DNA of 64,000 bases from Lysobacterales bacterium (GCA_022844165.1 JALHMH010000014.1:1-64000), one strand, 5' to 3'. Positions 48,634 through 59,886 are shown, counted from the first letter of the stretch. Translations and numbers: made by a program. Notes: generated by a model not told the origin, from the letters alone.

Positions 48634-51072
48634 ATGACGCGCAAGCTGCTGACATTTGCAATCGCCGCCATTCTTGCGACGCCGGTCGTGGCACAAGATG
48701 AACCGTCCGACGAAACCGGGGCGTCCGAGGCCGAGATGCTCGATGTGGTAATCACCACCGGAACGCGTCGTCAGGATCGTACGGTCAAAGAATCTCTGTC
48801 GGCCATCGACGTCATTCAGTCCGATGAGCTGGAGAACGCCGGCACCACGGAATTACAGGCGGTACTGACACGCACTGTACCCTCGTTCAATTTTCCGCGC
48901 ACGTCGATCACCGATGCCTCCGATCATGTGCGCCCCGCACAACTGCGTGGCCTGGCACCCGATCAGACCTTGGTTCTGATCAACGGCAAGCGCCGGCACC
49001 GCACCGCGATCATCAACGTCAATGGCACCGTCGGCCGCGGCTCTTCGCCGGTCGATCTGAATGCGATTCCGACAGCGGCCATCCAGCGCGTTGAAGTGCT
49101 GCGGGATGGCGCCAGCGCGCAGTACGGATCCGATGCGATCGCTGGTGTGATTAACGTTGTCCTCAAAGACGCCAGCGACGGCGGCAATATCGATCTGCGC
49201 CTCGGGCAGTATGACGAAGGCGATGGCGATCTTTTCCAGATCACAGGCAATGCCGGGTTGGCATTGGGCGAAGAGGGTTTCGTCAACTTTACGATGGAGT
49301 GGCGCGACAAAGGCGACACCAACCGTTCGGCGCCCGATCGTCGTCAGCAGTATCCATTGGTGGGTGGCCGTCCCGATCCCCGCGAGGCGACCTTCGATCG
49401 ATTAAATCATCGCTTTGGTGACGCCGATACGACCGATCGCTCGTTGACGATGAACATGGAAGTTCCGTTCGTTACCGATTCGAGCTTCTACGCGTTTGGC
49501 ACGCTCAACGACCGCGACGGCGAGAGTGCTGGTTTTTATCGCCGGGCACTCGATGCGCGCAACGTGCCAGCGATTTACCCAAACGGTTTCCTGCCGTTGA
49601 TCGTTTCCGATGTGCAAGATCGCGCGGGTGTTGCCGGTGTGCGTGGCAGTCTCGATAGCGGCATGACCTACGATGTGTCGTTCAATGCGGGTAAGTCGAC
49701 GTTCGATTTCACCATCGACAATTCGGTGAATACCAACCTCGGTGCAACCAGCCCGACCAGGTTTTACGCCGGCTCGCTCGAATCCGGGCAGTCGCAGGTG
49801 AACTTCGATATCGGCTACGGTTTTGTTGTCGACGCGCTGGCCAGCCCGTTGAATCTGGCCGCCGGTGTGGAATACCGCGAAGAGAGTTTCTCCATCGGCT
49901 CGGGTGATCCGAGTTCGTTTTTCGGCACCGGTTCGCAGGTTTTCCCAGGCTTTCGACCCAGCGATGCTGGCGAGCAAGACCGCGACAGTTATTCGGTCTA
50001 CGGCGATCTTGAGGCGGACATGACCGATCGGCTGACCCTCGGCGCCGCGATACGCTACGAGGATTATTCGGATTTCGGGAGCGAGTCGAGCGGTAAAGTT
50101 TCCGGCCGATTCGCCTTCACCGATCGCTACGCGATGCGCGCCACGTACAGCACTGGTTTTCGCGCACCCAATCTGCAGCAGCAGTTCTATTCGACCACCG
50201 CCACCAACTTCATCAATGGTGTGCCCTTCGATATTCGCACCTTTGCTGTGACCAACCCGGTGGCCATCGCGCTGGGCGCCGAACCACTCAAAGCCGAACA
50301 ATCAGAGAGTTACAGCGTGGGCTTCGTCGCAGAGCCGGTCGATAACTGGTCAGTCACGCTCGACTTCTACCGCATCGACATCGAAGACCGCGTCATTTTG
50401 TCGGAAAATCTGACCGGCGCTGCGGTGCGCACCTTCCTCGCCGGGCGCGGCTTTCCTGGCGTGGATGGTGGTCGTTACTTCACCAATGCAATCGACACAC
50501 AAACTGACGGCTTCGACTTCATCACGCGCTACAACTTCGACTTCGGCGACGCCGGTTCGTTGGTGACCACGTTTGCTTACAACAACTCCGATACCGATGT
50601 CACCGCGATTGCCCCCAATCCAGCCGCACTCACGCAAGGTGGGTTGAATCTGCAGCGTATCGGTCGCGTCGAACGAGGCCGCGTCGAGCAGGCCTCACCA
50701 CGCGACAAGATCATCATCGGCACCGACTACTTCGTTGGCGACTTTTCCGCCAAGCTCACGAGTACGCGGTACGGCGAGTACCGGTTGCTTGCAACAAATC
50801 CCATTCAGGACGAAAGTTTCGATCCCGAGTGGGTACTGGATTTGGTGTTGAGCTACACTTGGCAAGACACCACCTTTAGCCTGGGCGTCGAGAATTTGAC
50901 CGACAATTACCCACGGCAATTGACTGAAGATCTGATCGTCGATCCCAATGGCTTTGTCAGCTCTGGTCCGCGCGACAACAGTTTTGCCGGAATCCTGCCC
51001 TACGCGCGGGGCGAGGCGCCGTTTGGTTTCAACGGCAGGTTCTACTTTATGCGTGTGAATTACGCTTGGTAA
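48634..51072 (+). CDS. TonB-dependent outer membrane receptor
   Basis: Signal peptide, TonB box (DVVITTGTR), plug motifs LRGL.PDQTLVLINGKR and RVEVLRDGASAQYGSDAIAGVIN, C-terminal aromatic residue (YAW). Confidence 0.95.
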   Translation: MTRKLLTFAIAAILATPVVAQDEPSDETGASEAEMLDVVITTGTRRQDRTVKESLSAIDVIQSDELENAGTTELQAVLTRTVPSFNFPRTSITDASDHVRPAQLRGLAPDQTLVLINGKRRHRTAIINVNGTVGRGSSPVDLNAIPTAAIQRVEVLRDGASAQYGSDAIAGVINVVLKDASDGGNIDLRLGQYDEGDGDLFQITGNAGLALGEEGFVNFTMEWRDKGDTNRSAPDRRQQYPLVGGRPDPREATFDRLNHRFGDADTTDRSLTMNMEVPFVTDSSFYAFGTLNDRDGESAGFYRRALDARNVPAIYPNGFLPLIVSDVQDRAGVAGVRGSLDSGMTYDVSFNAGKSTFDFTIDNSVNTNLGATSPTRFYAGSLESGQSQVNFDIGYGFVVDALASPLNLAAGVEYREESFSIGSGDPSSFFGTGSQVFPGFRPSDAGEQDRDSYSVYGDLEADMTDRLTLGAAIRYEDYSDFGSESSGKVSGRFAFTDRYAMRATYSTGFRAPNLQQQFYSTTATNFINGVPFDIRTFAVTNPVAIALGAEPLKAEQSESYSVGFVAEPVDNWSVTLDFYRIDIEDRVILSENLTGAAVRTFLAGRGFPGVDGGRYFTNAIDTQTDGFDFITRYNFDFGDAGSLVTTFAYNNSDTDVTAIAPNPAALTQGGLNLQRIGRVERGRVEQASPRDKIIIGTDYFVGDFSAKLTSTRYGEYRLLATNPIQDESFDPEWVLDLVLSYTWQDTTFSLGVENLTDNYPRQLTEDLIVDPNGFVSSGPRDNSFAGILPYARGEAPFGFNGRFYFMRVNYAW

Positions 51073-51092
51073 GTCATCCGGCCACGTCCCAA

Positions 51093-51121
51093 CGCTGCTC
51101 TTGATCGCATCGGGAGCAGCG
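51093..51121 (+). terminator. Hairpin downstream of the TonB-dependent receptor
   Basis: CGCTGCTCTTGAT-CGC-ATCGGGAGCAGCG stem with G-U pairs, about 20 nt after the stop; no U-tract. Confidence 0.4.
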
Positions 51122-51253
51122 AGCGTTCGGGAGAGTACGCCGCCTGTCCCGCGAGTATCGGTAGCGACAGTTCGATACCTGCCATCGGTCGTGGTCGTAG
51201 CGATCGGATGGGGCGTTTAGAATCTCTTCCATCGTTTCCAAGAGAAGGTTGAC

Positions 51254-52282
51254 ATGCCGGGCAGTGATCCGAACGATCTGTCGCTGTTGGGCGCGGCGCC
51301 GAGTTTCGCTGCTGTGCTCGACCATGTTTCGCGCGCAGCGCCGCTGGATCGACCGGTGTTGGTGATCGGTGAACGCGGTACTGGCAAGGAGTTGATTGCA
51401 GCGCGCCTGCACTATCTGAGCAAGCGGTGGGATCGGCCGTTGGTGAAGCTGAACTGCGCCGCGTTGGCCGAAACGCTGCTGGAGACTGAGCTTTTTGGCC
51501 ACGAGGCTGGCTCATTCACCGGCGCCACACGGCGGCATCTGGGGCGCTTCGAGATGGCCAACGAGGGCACGCTTTTCCTGGATGAGCTGGCGACTGCATC
51601 GTTACGTATCCAGGAGAAGATCCTGCGGGTCATCGAATACGGCGAATTCGAGCGTGTCGGCGGACGCGAGACGATTCGCTCGAACGTGCGACTCATTGCC
51701 GCCACGAATCTGGACTTGCCGGCCGAAGCGGCGGCCGGGCGCTTCCGTGAGGATTTGCTCGATCGCCTTGCGTTCGATGTCATCACGCTGCCACCGCTGC
51801 GCGCGCGCAGCGACGACATCTTGCCGCTCGCCGAACACTTCGCGACAAAAATGAGCCAGGAGTTGCGGCGCGACTTGTTCGCTGGATTTACACCCGATGC
51901 GCGGCAGCGCTTGTTGAGTCACCCGTGGCCGGGAAACGTACGTGAGTTGCGCAATGTCATCGAGCGTGCCGTGTATCGGCACGACGATCTCGATGAGCCG
52001 ATCGACGAGATTCAGTTCAATCCTTTCGATTCGCCCTGGCGGCCTCAAAACAAGATAGCAATCCAAAACCTGCCGTCCTCGAACTCAGTCAGCGCTACGC
52101 CGATCTTACCGATGGACTTTCGCAGCGCGGTCGAAGAGACGGAGATCGCCTGGTTGCAGGCGGCGATGCAGCACGCAAAATTCAATCAGCGCAAAGCGGC
52201 AGAGTTGTTGGCATTGACTTACCACCAGTTGCGCGGTTACTTGCGCAAGTACCGGCTCGTTGGTGGCGAAGACGACGATTGA
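51254..52282 (+). CDS. pspF: Phage shock protein operon activator (sigma54 enhancer-binding protein without N-terminal regulatory domain)
   Basis: GERGTGKELIAARLHYLSKRW, ELFGHEAGSFTGA, LFLDE, DLLDRLAFDV, WPGNVRELRN and C-terminal FNQRKAAELLALTYHQLRGYLRK HTH typical of PspF. Confidence 0.9.
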   Translation: MPGSDPNDLSLLGAAPSFAAVLDHVSRAAPLDRPVLVIGERGTGKELIAARLHYLSKRWDRPLVKLNCAALAETLLETELFGHEAGSFTGATRRHLGRFEMANEGTLFLDELATASLRIQEKILRVIEYGEFERVGGRETIRSNVRLIAATNLDLPAEAAAGRFREDLLDRLAFDVITLPPLRARSDDILPLAEHFATKMSQELRRDLFAGFTPDARQRLLSHPWPGNVRELRNVIERAVYRHDDLDEPIDEIQFNPFDSPWRPQNKIAIQNLPSSNSVSATPILPMDFRSAVEETEIAWLQAAMQHAKFNQRKAAELLALTYHQLRGYLRKYRLVGGEDDD

Positions 52283-52306
52283 GCGCCCGATCACGGCTGG
52301 CAATCT

Positions 52307-52570
52307 TCAGTCGGCTGACACAAACCCCTGCGGTTTTGCCGAACCTTCGCCGAAGAAGTACTTCTCCAGCTCATGGGCGAGGAATTGCCTTGCTTTTGGA
52401 TCGAGCGGCGACAGTCGGTTCTCATTGATCAGCATGGTCTGGTGGGCGAGCCACTCAGACCACGCCTTGCGGCCGACCGACGCAAGAATGCGCTGTCCCA
52501 GCTCCCCAGGGATCGGCGCGCGAGTCAGTGCTTCTTGATCGGCGCCGTAACGGACGCAATGGATGTTCAT
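52307..52570 (-). CDS. yggX: Fe-S oxidative damage protection / Fe(II) trafficking protein
   Basis: Real start at ATG 52570: MNIHC..PGELGQRI...AW..WLAHQTMLINENRL. Confidence 0.92.
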   Translation of the reverse strand: MNIHCVRYGADQEALTRAPIPGELGQRILASVGRKAWSEWLAHQTMLINENRLSPLDPKARQFLAHELEKYFFGEGSAKPQGFVSAD

Positions 52571-52587
52571 TCTTCTTGATCCCTCAT

Positions 52588-55494
52588 TCAGGCGCTCAGG
52601 CGAAGGAAGTCGGCGCTGACCGCAAGTCGTATCGCATCGAGACGTACGCGCGCGCCGGGAATAGCCGCTCTCAGTGCGGAGAGGGTTTGGGCAAAAGCGT
52701 CGATTTCGCTGTCGCGGATGCCCGGATTGACGCGCTTGAGAGCTCTGAGGCGTTCGAACTCTGCGCCAAGTTCGGTCTCTAGCCGTTCGCTGGCATTGGC
52801 GATCAGCGCCTGAGCCCGCGTACTGGCGATTTCTTCGGCGGCTTTTTTCATCGGTGGCACTAACGCGGTCAATATCGGCCGAAAGCGCGCCAAATCGACG
52901 GGTTTGTCGTCGCTGCGCGAAATGACCTGGGGCAAGGCGGTGTAATCGCGCGGCGCAAGTTTCGAATCGACGCTCACGGTGATGGGCGTCGGTGGCAGGT
53001 AACGTTCGACGTCGAGCCTGCGATCGGCAACACATTCGAGCAAGAACACCCCCGTGATCCAGGCAGAGCGTGCCGGCAAGGTCGGATCGACAAGAAAAGC
53101 CGCATTGCCGGTCTCGCCGCTGATCAGCAATTCCAATGCACCCGCGACCATCGGCTGATCGAGGCGCAACAGCGGCAGATCTTCGCGAGAGAGCGCAGTG
53201 TTACGATCGAATGTTGCCGTGATCGGTCCATCCGCCGGCCACGGGAATTCCTCGCTGGACAAGTACTCAGGATCAAGGCGATGCGTGCGTTGGCCGATAT
53301 CGTCGGTTTCGATGCCGAATTGTTCAAACAGCTTCAGCACAAAATCGTCGCAGGTCTGATCGGCGTCGGTTGATCCCAGCGCCGCCCGAAGCGAGGCACC
53401 TCGATCGCCAAAACGTGTTGCCAGTTCCAGTAAACGGTCGCGGCCACCGGCGATGGCGCGACTGAGCGATTGATGCGCTTCTCGCGTGTCTTCGATTAAC
53501 TGATCGAGTTGCGCCTTCGTTGAATCACCATCGGCATGGGCGCCCGCCAGATCGATCAGCCTTGGACCAAACCGCTTGTACAACTCGCGGCCATCGGCCG
53601 GGCTGGTTCGCAGCGCGTCGAGCGCCTCAACATACCAACGAGCAAGCACCTGCTGCGCCGTGCCCGGCAACACCGCATGGTGAATCGCAACATCCGTCGT
53701 TTGACCAATCCGATCGAGTCGGCCGATGCGCTGTTCAAGTACGTCAGGGTCGGCAGGTAAATCCCATAGCACCAGATGATGGGCGAACTGAAAGTTGCGT
53801 CCTTCAGATCCAATCTCCGACGCGAGCAATACGCGCGCACCATCTTCCTGGCTGAAGTACGCTGCGTTTCGGTCGCGTTGCGCCAAGGTCAGCCCTTCAT
53901 GGAACCGAGCTACACGCGCGCCACTCTTGAGCCGCAGCGCAGCCTCGAGCAGTTCGACTTTGGCCCGGGTACGGCAAATCAGCAAGATCTTCGCGGGTGC
54001 CAGCGAGTCGATCAGTGCCACCAGCCAAAGGAGGCGCGGGTCGCGCGTGAGCGCCAATACGGCCGGATGCACGGTCTCGGCCACTTCGTCGCTGTTGGTT
54101 GGCGAACTTGACAGCGGCACGGGAGCCGGGCGCAACCCAACATCGCTCTCGAATTCAGTGCGAAGTTCTGCCAAATATTTGTCTTGATCTTCGTGCGGCA
54201 GGTGCAGTGTCTCGATCATCGGCACGCGTTTTGGAAAGCCGCCGACGCTGATGCGCCGATTGCGATACATCACCCGCCCGGTACCGTGGCGATCGATGAG
54301 CGCTGCGAGCAATTTCTGACGGGTCGCTGTGTCGGGCTCGGCAACGATGGCCCTCGCTAATTCTGGCTCATCGCCAAGGGTCTTGCGCAAACTCGTGACC
54401 GTCTTGCCTGGAAGCGATGCCGCATCCAGCAATGCTTCAGCCAGATCGGAGATGCGCGCAAAGCTCTGCGATTCCTGTTCAAAACTCGCCAGGTCGTTGT
54501 ACCGGGCAGGATCCAATAGGCGCAAGCGCGCGAAGTGACCGCTGCGGCCCAATTGTTCCGGTGTTGCCGTGAGCAAAACTACGCTGGAGGCTTTGAAAGC
54601 GAGTTGTTCGACAAGCGCGTATTCAGGACTGATGTCATCCGACGACCACGCCAGATGGTGCGCCTCATCGACGATCAGCAGATCCCAATCGACATCGACC
54701 AGCTGCTGTGCACGTTTGCGGTTTTTGGTGAGAAAACCCAGATCCGTCAGCACCAGTTGATCGTCCTCAAACGGGTTGCGCTCGGCGCCGGCCTGATCGA
54801 TCGAGTCGGCACGCTCGGCATCGTAGATCGCAAACTTCAGATTGAAGCGGCGCAAAAGTTCGACAAACCACTGATAGACCAGCGCTTCTGGCACCAGAAC
54901 CAACGCACGCTGAGCGCGGCCGGTGGCGACCATGCGCGCAAGAATCAGACCTGCTTCTATGGTCTTTCCAAGGCCCACTTCGTCGGCCAACAGCACACGC
55001 GGTTGTGGTTGAGACAACGCTGCTTCGACTACCGCCAACTGGTGCTGCAGTAGCGAAATCCGCGCGCCGGCGATACCAAAGGCAGCACTGGAGCGCGCTG
55101 CGGCGCGACGACTGAGCGCTTCAACGCGTAGCGCAAATCGCGCATTGGTGTCGACCCGGCCGGCCGTCAGGCGCTCATCGGCTGCGCTGGCAGCTTGCAC
55201 GTCGTCCAACTGCGGTTCGGCGTACCAGGCATCGCCGCAGGCGTAATACATCAAACCTTCGCGCTCCTCGGCCGCTGTGACATCGAGCATTTTGCCCTCG
55301 ATGCTGATCTGGTCGCCAACCCGGAACTCCGCGCGCGAGAGCGGCGCGCTCGTCAAGGCGTAACGGCGCAACATGCCGGCTTTGGTGAACAGCAGTTCCA
55401 GTGAGCGTGCGTCGACTTTTTTGATCGTCCCCAGGCCCAGTTCGGGCTCGGCAGTGGAATACCAGCGTTGGCCGGCGACAAGTTTGAAGGCCAT
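52588..55494 (-). CDS. rapA: RNA polymerase-associated Swi2/Snf2 ATPase RapA
   Basis: Start MAFKLVAGQRWYS.AEPELGLG; LADEVGLGKTIEAG, VDEAHHL, LTATPEQ, SEIGSEGRNFQFA and EQRIGRLDRIGQ motifs. Confidence 0.95.
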   Translation of the reverse strand: MAFKLVAGQRWYSTAEPELGLGTIKKVDARSLELLFTKAGMLRRYALTSAPLSRAEFRVGDQISIEGKMLDVTAAEEREGLMYYACGDAWYAEPQLDDVQAASAADERLTAGRVDTNARFALRVEALSRRAAARSSAAFGIAGARISLLQHQLAVVEAALSQPQPRVLLADEVGLGKTIEAGLILARMVATGRAQRALVLVPEALVYQWFVELLRRFNLKFAIYDAERADSIDQAGAERNPFEDDQLVLTDLGFLTKNRKRAQQLVDVDWDLLIVDEAHHLAWSSDDISPEYALVEQLAFKASSVVLLTATPEQLGRSGHFARLRLLDPARYNDLASFEQESQSFARISDLAEALLDAASLPGKTVTSLRKTLGDEPELARAIVAEPDTATRQKLLAALIDRHGTGRVMYRNRRISVGGFPKRVPMIETLHLPHEDQDKYLAELRTEFESDVGLRPAPVPLSSSPTNSDEVAETVHPAVLALTRDPRLLWLVALIDSLAPAKILLICRTRAKVELLEAALRLKSGARVARFHEGLTLAQRDRNAAYFSQEDGARVLLASEIGSEGRNFQFAHHLVLWDLPADPDVLEQRIGRLDRIGQTTDVAIHHAVLPGTAQQVLARWYVEALDALRTSPADGRELYKRFGPRLIDLAGAHADGDSTKAQLDQLIEDTREAHQSLSRAIAGGRDRLLELATRFGDRGASLRAALGSTDADQTCDDFVLKLFEQFGIETDDIGQRTHRLDPEYLSSEEFPWPADGPITATFDRNTALSREDLPLLRLDQPMVAGALELLISGETGNAAFLVDPTLPARSAWITGVFLLECVADRRLDVERYLPPTPITVSVDSKLAPRDYTALPQVISRSDDKPVDLARFRPILTALVPPMKKAAEEIASTRAQALIANASERLETELGAEFERLRALKRVNPGIRDSEIDAFAQTLSALRAAIPGARVRLDAIRLAVSADFLRLSA

Positions 55495-55623
55495 TTTGGC
55501 GATCCGAAGAAGAGGGGGAGGATTATGCGGCTGGTTGGTACAGATTGTTGCTCCGCCAGGCGCCAGGCAAACCGCGTTGGACCGGCGTGCATGGTCCAGC
55601 CTCCCTGCGCTCATCGAGCTGCA

Positions 55624-56079
55624 TCAGTCGCGACCGCGGCGCGCGCGAAAGAACGTGCGCAGCTTCTCGCTGGCGATGTCGGCCAAAACGCCGACCTCTA
55701 CTTCGACCCGATGATTGTGGCGTGGATCAAGTAGTCCGTTAAAGACGCTATGCACTGCGCCGGTTTTAGGATCCGAAGCAGCGTAAACCAAGCGCCGGAC
55801 ACGCGCGTGGATCATCGCGCCGGTGCACATAAGGCATGGCTCCAATGTGCAATAGAGCGTGGCGTTAACCAACCGATGATTGCCAATCGCTCTACCGGCA
55901 GCGCGCATGGCGACAACCTCTGCATGAGCGCTCGGATCGTTATCGACGATGTTGCGATTGAATCCGCTGGCGACGAGTTCATCGCCTACAACAACCATTG
56001 CCGCGACCGGCACTTCGCCATGGCGTTCGGCTTCATCGGCAAGCGCCAGACAGCGCTGCATCCACTCGGTATCGGTCAT
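55624..56079 (-). CDS. tadA: tRNA adenosine(34) deaminase
   Basis: GEVPV, DPSAHAE, TLEPCLMC and DPKTGA motifs. An alternative start exists at 56157. Confidence 0.94.
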   Translation of the reverse strand: MTDTEWMQRCLALADEAERHGEVPVAAMVVVGDELVASGFNRNIVDNDPSAHAEVVAMRAAGRAIGNHRLVNATLYCTLEPCLMCTGAMIHARVRRLVYAASDPKTGAVHSVFNGLLDPRHNHRVEVEVGVLADIASEKLRTFFRARRGRD

Positions 56080-56143
56080 CTGCGTATGTTGCGTCGCAAG
56101 GCTGCGGTTGGGCTCGAGCAGTGGCTGCTCATCAAGTGCGCAC

Positions 56144-59100
56144 TCAGGCCGGCTCATAGTCGAGCACGGGTGCCAGCCAACGTTCGGCTTCACGCAACGG
56201 TACTCCTTTGCGGCGCGCATAGTCTTCAACTTGATCTTGCTTGATGCGGCCGACCACGAAGTATTGGCTTTGCGGGTGCGCAAAGTACAAGCCACTCACG
56301 GCAGCCGCCGGGTACATGGCATAACTCTCGGTCAACTCGATGCCGGTGTGCTTCTCTGCCTGGAGCAAGTCGAAAATCACGCGCTTTTCGGTGTGATCTG
56401 GACACGCTGGATAACCGGGCGCCGGCCGGATGCCGCGGTAGGTTTCGTCGATCAGAGCGCCATTGTCCAGTGATTCGTCGGCCGCATACCCCCAGAACTC
56501 TCGACGCACTCGTTCGTGCAAGCGCTCGGCGAAGGCCTCAGCGAGACGGTCGGCGAGTGCCTTCAGGAGGATTGCATTGTAGTCGTCGTGTGCGGCTTCG
56601 AAAGCCGCAACATGTTGTTCGATACCGATGCCTGCCGTCACTGCGAATGCGCCCACAAAGTCGCGCACGCCGCTGTTCGCCGGAGCGATGAAATCGGCGA
56701 GGCTGAAGTTCGGGCGGCCCGGCGGTTTATCGGCCTGTTGGCGCAGGCAGCTCAAAGTTGCGCGCAGATGACCGTGATCGTCGAGCACTTCGATATCGTC
56801 GCCAATGCGTTGCGCCGGCCATAGGCCGATCACACCGCGCGCGGTCAACCAGCGCTCGGCGACGATTCGATCGAGCATACGATCGGCATCGGCTTTAAGC
56901 TTGCGTGCCTCGGCGCCTACGACAGCATCGTCGAGAATAGCCGGATAGCGGCCGGCGAGTTCCCAAGTGGCGAAAAACGGCGTCCAGTCGATGTAGCGCC
57001 GAAGTTCCGACAGATCGTAGCTGTCGAACGACATGAGGCCGGTGAACGAGGGCGGGCATGGTGTGTATTCGCGCCAGTTGCCATCAAAGGCATTGCTTCG
57101 AGCTTGCTGAAGCGACACCAGGCGCTTGCCTGGGCCACGATCTTTGTGCCGTTCGCGAACCTCTGCATATTCGGCTTTGATGCCGGCGACGAAGCGGTCA
57201 CGCTCACCCACGCTGACAAGGTTCTGGGCTACGCCCACGGCGCGCGACGCATCCTTCACCCAGATCACGGGCGCGCTATAGTGAGGTTCGATTCTTAGCG
57301 CGGTATGCGCGCGCGACGTCGTGGCGCCTCCGATCAGTAATGGTTGCGTATTGCCCAGGCGTTGCATCTCTTTTGCCACATGGTGCATTTCATCCAGCGA
57401 CGGTGTGATCAGACCCGACAGTCCGATGATGTCGGCGCCGACCGCCCTGGCGGTTTCCAGAATCTTCGCCGCTGGCACCATGACGCCCAGGTCGATCACC
57501 TCGAAGTTGTTGCACGCAAGCACGACGCCCACGATATTCTTGCCGATGTCATGCACATCGCCCTTGACTGTGGCAAGCAGAATTTTGCCGTTGTTCTTGG
57601 CGACGTCGCCGGACCGGCGTTTCTCCTCTTCGATATACGGAATCAAGTAGGCGACCGCTTTTTTCATCACACGCGCGCTCTTGACGACCTGCGGCAAGAA
57701 CATCTTACCGGCGCCGAACAGATCGCCAACGGCGTTCATGCCTGACATCAATGGCCCTTCGATGACTTCGAGCGGCTTGGCAACGCGCTGGCGAGCCTGT
57801 TCGGCATCGATTTCGACGAACTCGTCGATGCCATGCACCAGCGCGTGCTCCAGGCGTTTACTCACATCCCACGCGCGCCACTCGACGTTTTCACGAGCGC
57901 CGTTCGTGGCACCCTTGGCGCCACTATATTTTGGCGCCAGCGCGATCAGTCGTTCGGTAGCATCGGCGCGGCGATTGAGCACCACGTCCTCAACGTGCTC
58001 GCGAAGCTCGTTCGGCAGATCATCGTAAATCGCCAATGCCCCCGCGTTGACGATCCCCATGTCCATGCCAGCGCGAATCGCGTGGTACAAGAATACCGAG
58101 TGGATCGCTTCGCGCACCGGATTGTTGCCACGAAAGGCGAAGGATACGTTCGATACGCCGCCGGACACATGGACCAGGGGCATCTCCGCTTTGATCTGGC
58201 GCACCGCTTCGATAAATGCGACAGCATAGTTGTTGTGCTCGTCAATTCCGGTTGCGATCGCCAGGATGTTGGGATCAAAGATGATGTCTTCGGGAGGGAA
58301 CCCGGCACGATCGGTCAGCAGTTTGTAAGAGCGCCGAACGATTTCCAGCTTGCGCTCAACGGTATCGGCCTGACCGATTTCGTCGAAGGCCATCACAACG
58401 ACCGCTGCGCCGTACTCGCGAATTTTGTGCGCATGCTCCAGGAATGCTGTCTCGCCTTCCTTGAGGCTGATCGAATTGACGATCGCCTTTCCTTGCGTGC
58501 ATTTGAGCCCGGCTTCGATGACGCTCCATTTGGAACTGTCGATCATCAACGGCACACGCGCGATGTCGGGTTCCGCAGCAATCAAATTCACATAGCGCGC
58601 CATCGCCGCTTCAGAATCGAGCAGGCCTTCGTCCATGTTGATGTCGATGATCTGCGCGCCGTTCTGCACTTGCTGTCGCGCAACCTCAACCGCTTCATCG
58701 AATCGGTCGTCTTTGATCAGTTTCTTAAACTGCGCCGAACCGGTGACGTTGGTGCGTTCGCCGACGTTGACGAAGTTTAACTCCGGCGTGATGACCAGCG
58801 GCTCCAGGCCGGACAGCCTCGTATGCGGCGTGAGTGTTGGTACTTGGCGAGGCGGCAGTTTCGCCACCGCCTCGGCGATTGCCCGGATATGGTCAGGGGT
58901 GGTGCCGCAGCAACCGCCGACGATATTCAGAAGGCCCGATCCAGCGAACTCAGAAAGGGTTGCCGCCATTTCCTCGGGTGTTTCATCGTATTCGCCGAAT
59001 GCATTCGGCAGGCCCGCATTCGGGTGCGTGCTGATCAGCGCGTCGGTCGTGCGCGACAGATCCTCAATGTATGGCCGCAATTCGCTGGCGCCGAGCGCAC

Positions 59101-59860
59101 AGTTGAGGCCTACGCTGAAGGGCAGGGCGTGGCGAATCGAATAGGCAAAAGCCTCTGCTGTCTGACCCGACAATGTACGCCCGGAGCGATCGGTAATCGT
59201 GCCGGAGATCATCACCGGTAAACGCCAGCCACGGCGGGCAAACACCTCGTCGATCGCGAACAGTGCCGCTTTCGCATTGAGCGTGTCGAAAATGGTCTCA
59301 ACCATGATGACCTGTGCGCCACCATCGATCAGTCCCTCAGTCGCTTCGCGATATGCGCTCTTCAGCTCGTCGAAACTGATGGCACGAAAACCTGGGTTGT
59401 TGACGTCCGGCGATATCGAAGCCGTGCGATTGGTCGGTCCGAGTACGCCAACACAGTAACGCGGCTTGTCTGGGGTGTCGTCGGATTTTCTGTCGCACAA
59501 TTGCCGGACCAATTTGGCCGCTGCAACATTGATGTCGTAAGTTGCCGACTCCAGCGCGTAGTCCGCCTGGCTGATACGTGTGGCATTAAAGCTATTGGTC
59601 TCGATCAGGTCCGCACCGGCATCCAGATAGGCTTGATGCGCCGCGGCAACGATGTTCGGTTGCGTGAGTACCAGCAGATCGTTATTGCCCTTCAGGTCGT
59701 GACCGTGGTGTTTGAAGCGATCGCCCCGATATCCCGATTCGTCGAGTTGATAGCGCTGCAACAGCGTCCCCATGCCGCCATCGAGAATCAGGATGCGGCG
59801 CTGTGCATCGTCGATCAGGCGCTGGCTTTGAGCGGGATGGCGAAACGGCAATAAGAGCAT
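56144..59860 (-). CDS. metH: Cobalamin-dependent methionine synthase (full-length, single gene)
   Basis: [38 protein letters not shown]12-binding motif, SGLITPSL and [12 protein letters not shown] activation domain. Confidence 0.97.
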   Translation of the reverse strand: MLLLPFRHPAQSQRLIDDAQRRILILDGGMGTLLQRYQLDESGYRGDRFKHHGHDLKGNNDLLVLTQPNIVAAAHQAYLDAGADLIETNSFNATRISQADYALESATYDINVAAAKLVRQLCDRKSDDTPDKPRYCVGVLGPTNRTASISPDVNNPGFRAISFDELKSAYREATEGLIDGGAQVIMVETIFDTLNAKAALFAIDEVFARRGWRLPVMISGTITDRSGRTLSGQTAEAFAYSIRHALPFSVGLNCALGASELRPYIEDLSRTTDALISTHPNAGLPNAFGEYDETPEEMAATLSEFAGSGLLNIVGGCCGTTPDHIRAIAEAVAKLPPRQVPTLTPHTRLSGLEPLVITPELNFVNVGERTNVTGSAQFKKLIKDDRFDEAVEVARQQVQNGAQIIDINMDEGLLDSEAAMARYVNLIAAEPDIARVPLMIDSSKWSVIEAGLKCTQGKAIVNSISLKEGETAFLEHAHKIREYGAAVVVMAFDEIGQADTVERKLEIVRRSYKLLTDRAGFPPEDIIFDPNILAIATGIDEHNNYAVAFIEAVRQIKAEMPLVHVSGGVSNVSFAFRGNNPVREAIHSVFLYHAIRAGMDMGIVNAGALAIYDDLPNELREHVEDVVLNRRADATERLIALAPKYSGAKGATNGARENVEWRAWDVSKRLEHALVHGIDEFVEIDAEQARQRVAKPLEVIEGPLMSGMNAVGDLFGAGKMFLPQVVKSARVMKKAVAYLIPYIEEEKRRSGDVAKNNGKILLATVKGDVHDIGKNIVGVVLACNNFEVIDLGVMVPAAKILETARAVGADIIGLSGLITPSLDEMHHVAKEMQRLGNTQPLLIGGATTSRAHTALRIEPHYSAPVIWVKDASRAVGVAQNLVSVGERDRFVAGIKAEYAEVRERHKDRGPGKRLVSLQQARSNAFDGNWREYTPCPPSFTGLMSFDSYDLSELRRYIDWTPFFATWELAGRYPAILDDAVVGAEARKLKADADRMLDRIVAERWLTARGVIGLWPAQRIGDDIEVLDDHGHLRATLSCLRQQADKPPGRPNFSLADFIAPANSGVRDFVGAFAVTAGIGIEQHVAAFEAAHDDYNAILLKALADRLAEAFAERLHERVRREFWGYAADESLDNGALIDETYRGIRPAPGYPACPDHTEKRVIFDLLQAEKHTGIELTESYAMYPAAAVSGLYFAHPQSQYFVVGRIKQDQVEDYARRKGVPLREAERWLAPVLDYEPA

Positions 59861-59870
59861 CGGCACGAAT

Positions 59871-59886
59871 AGCCGTCTTTACGGCT
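59871..59886. promoter_or_regulatory. Palindromic putative methionine-regulator site immediately upstream of metH
   Basis: AGCCGT-CTTT-ACGGCT, readable as tandem Met-box-like octamers AGCCGTCT/TTACGGCT, about 10 bp from the start codon. Confidence 0.5.

Noticed and set aside
51500-51530. GSFTGA instead of GAFTGA in PspF
   Set aside because: GSFTGA is a common functional variant of the sigma54-contact loop.
52571-53035. Long N-terminal extension of the yggX ORF
   Set aside because: It overlaps rapA in another frame. YggX homology starts at ATG 52570.
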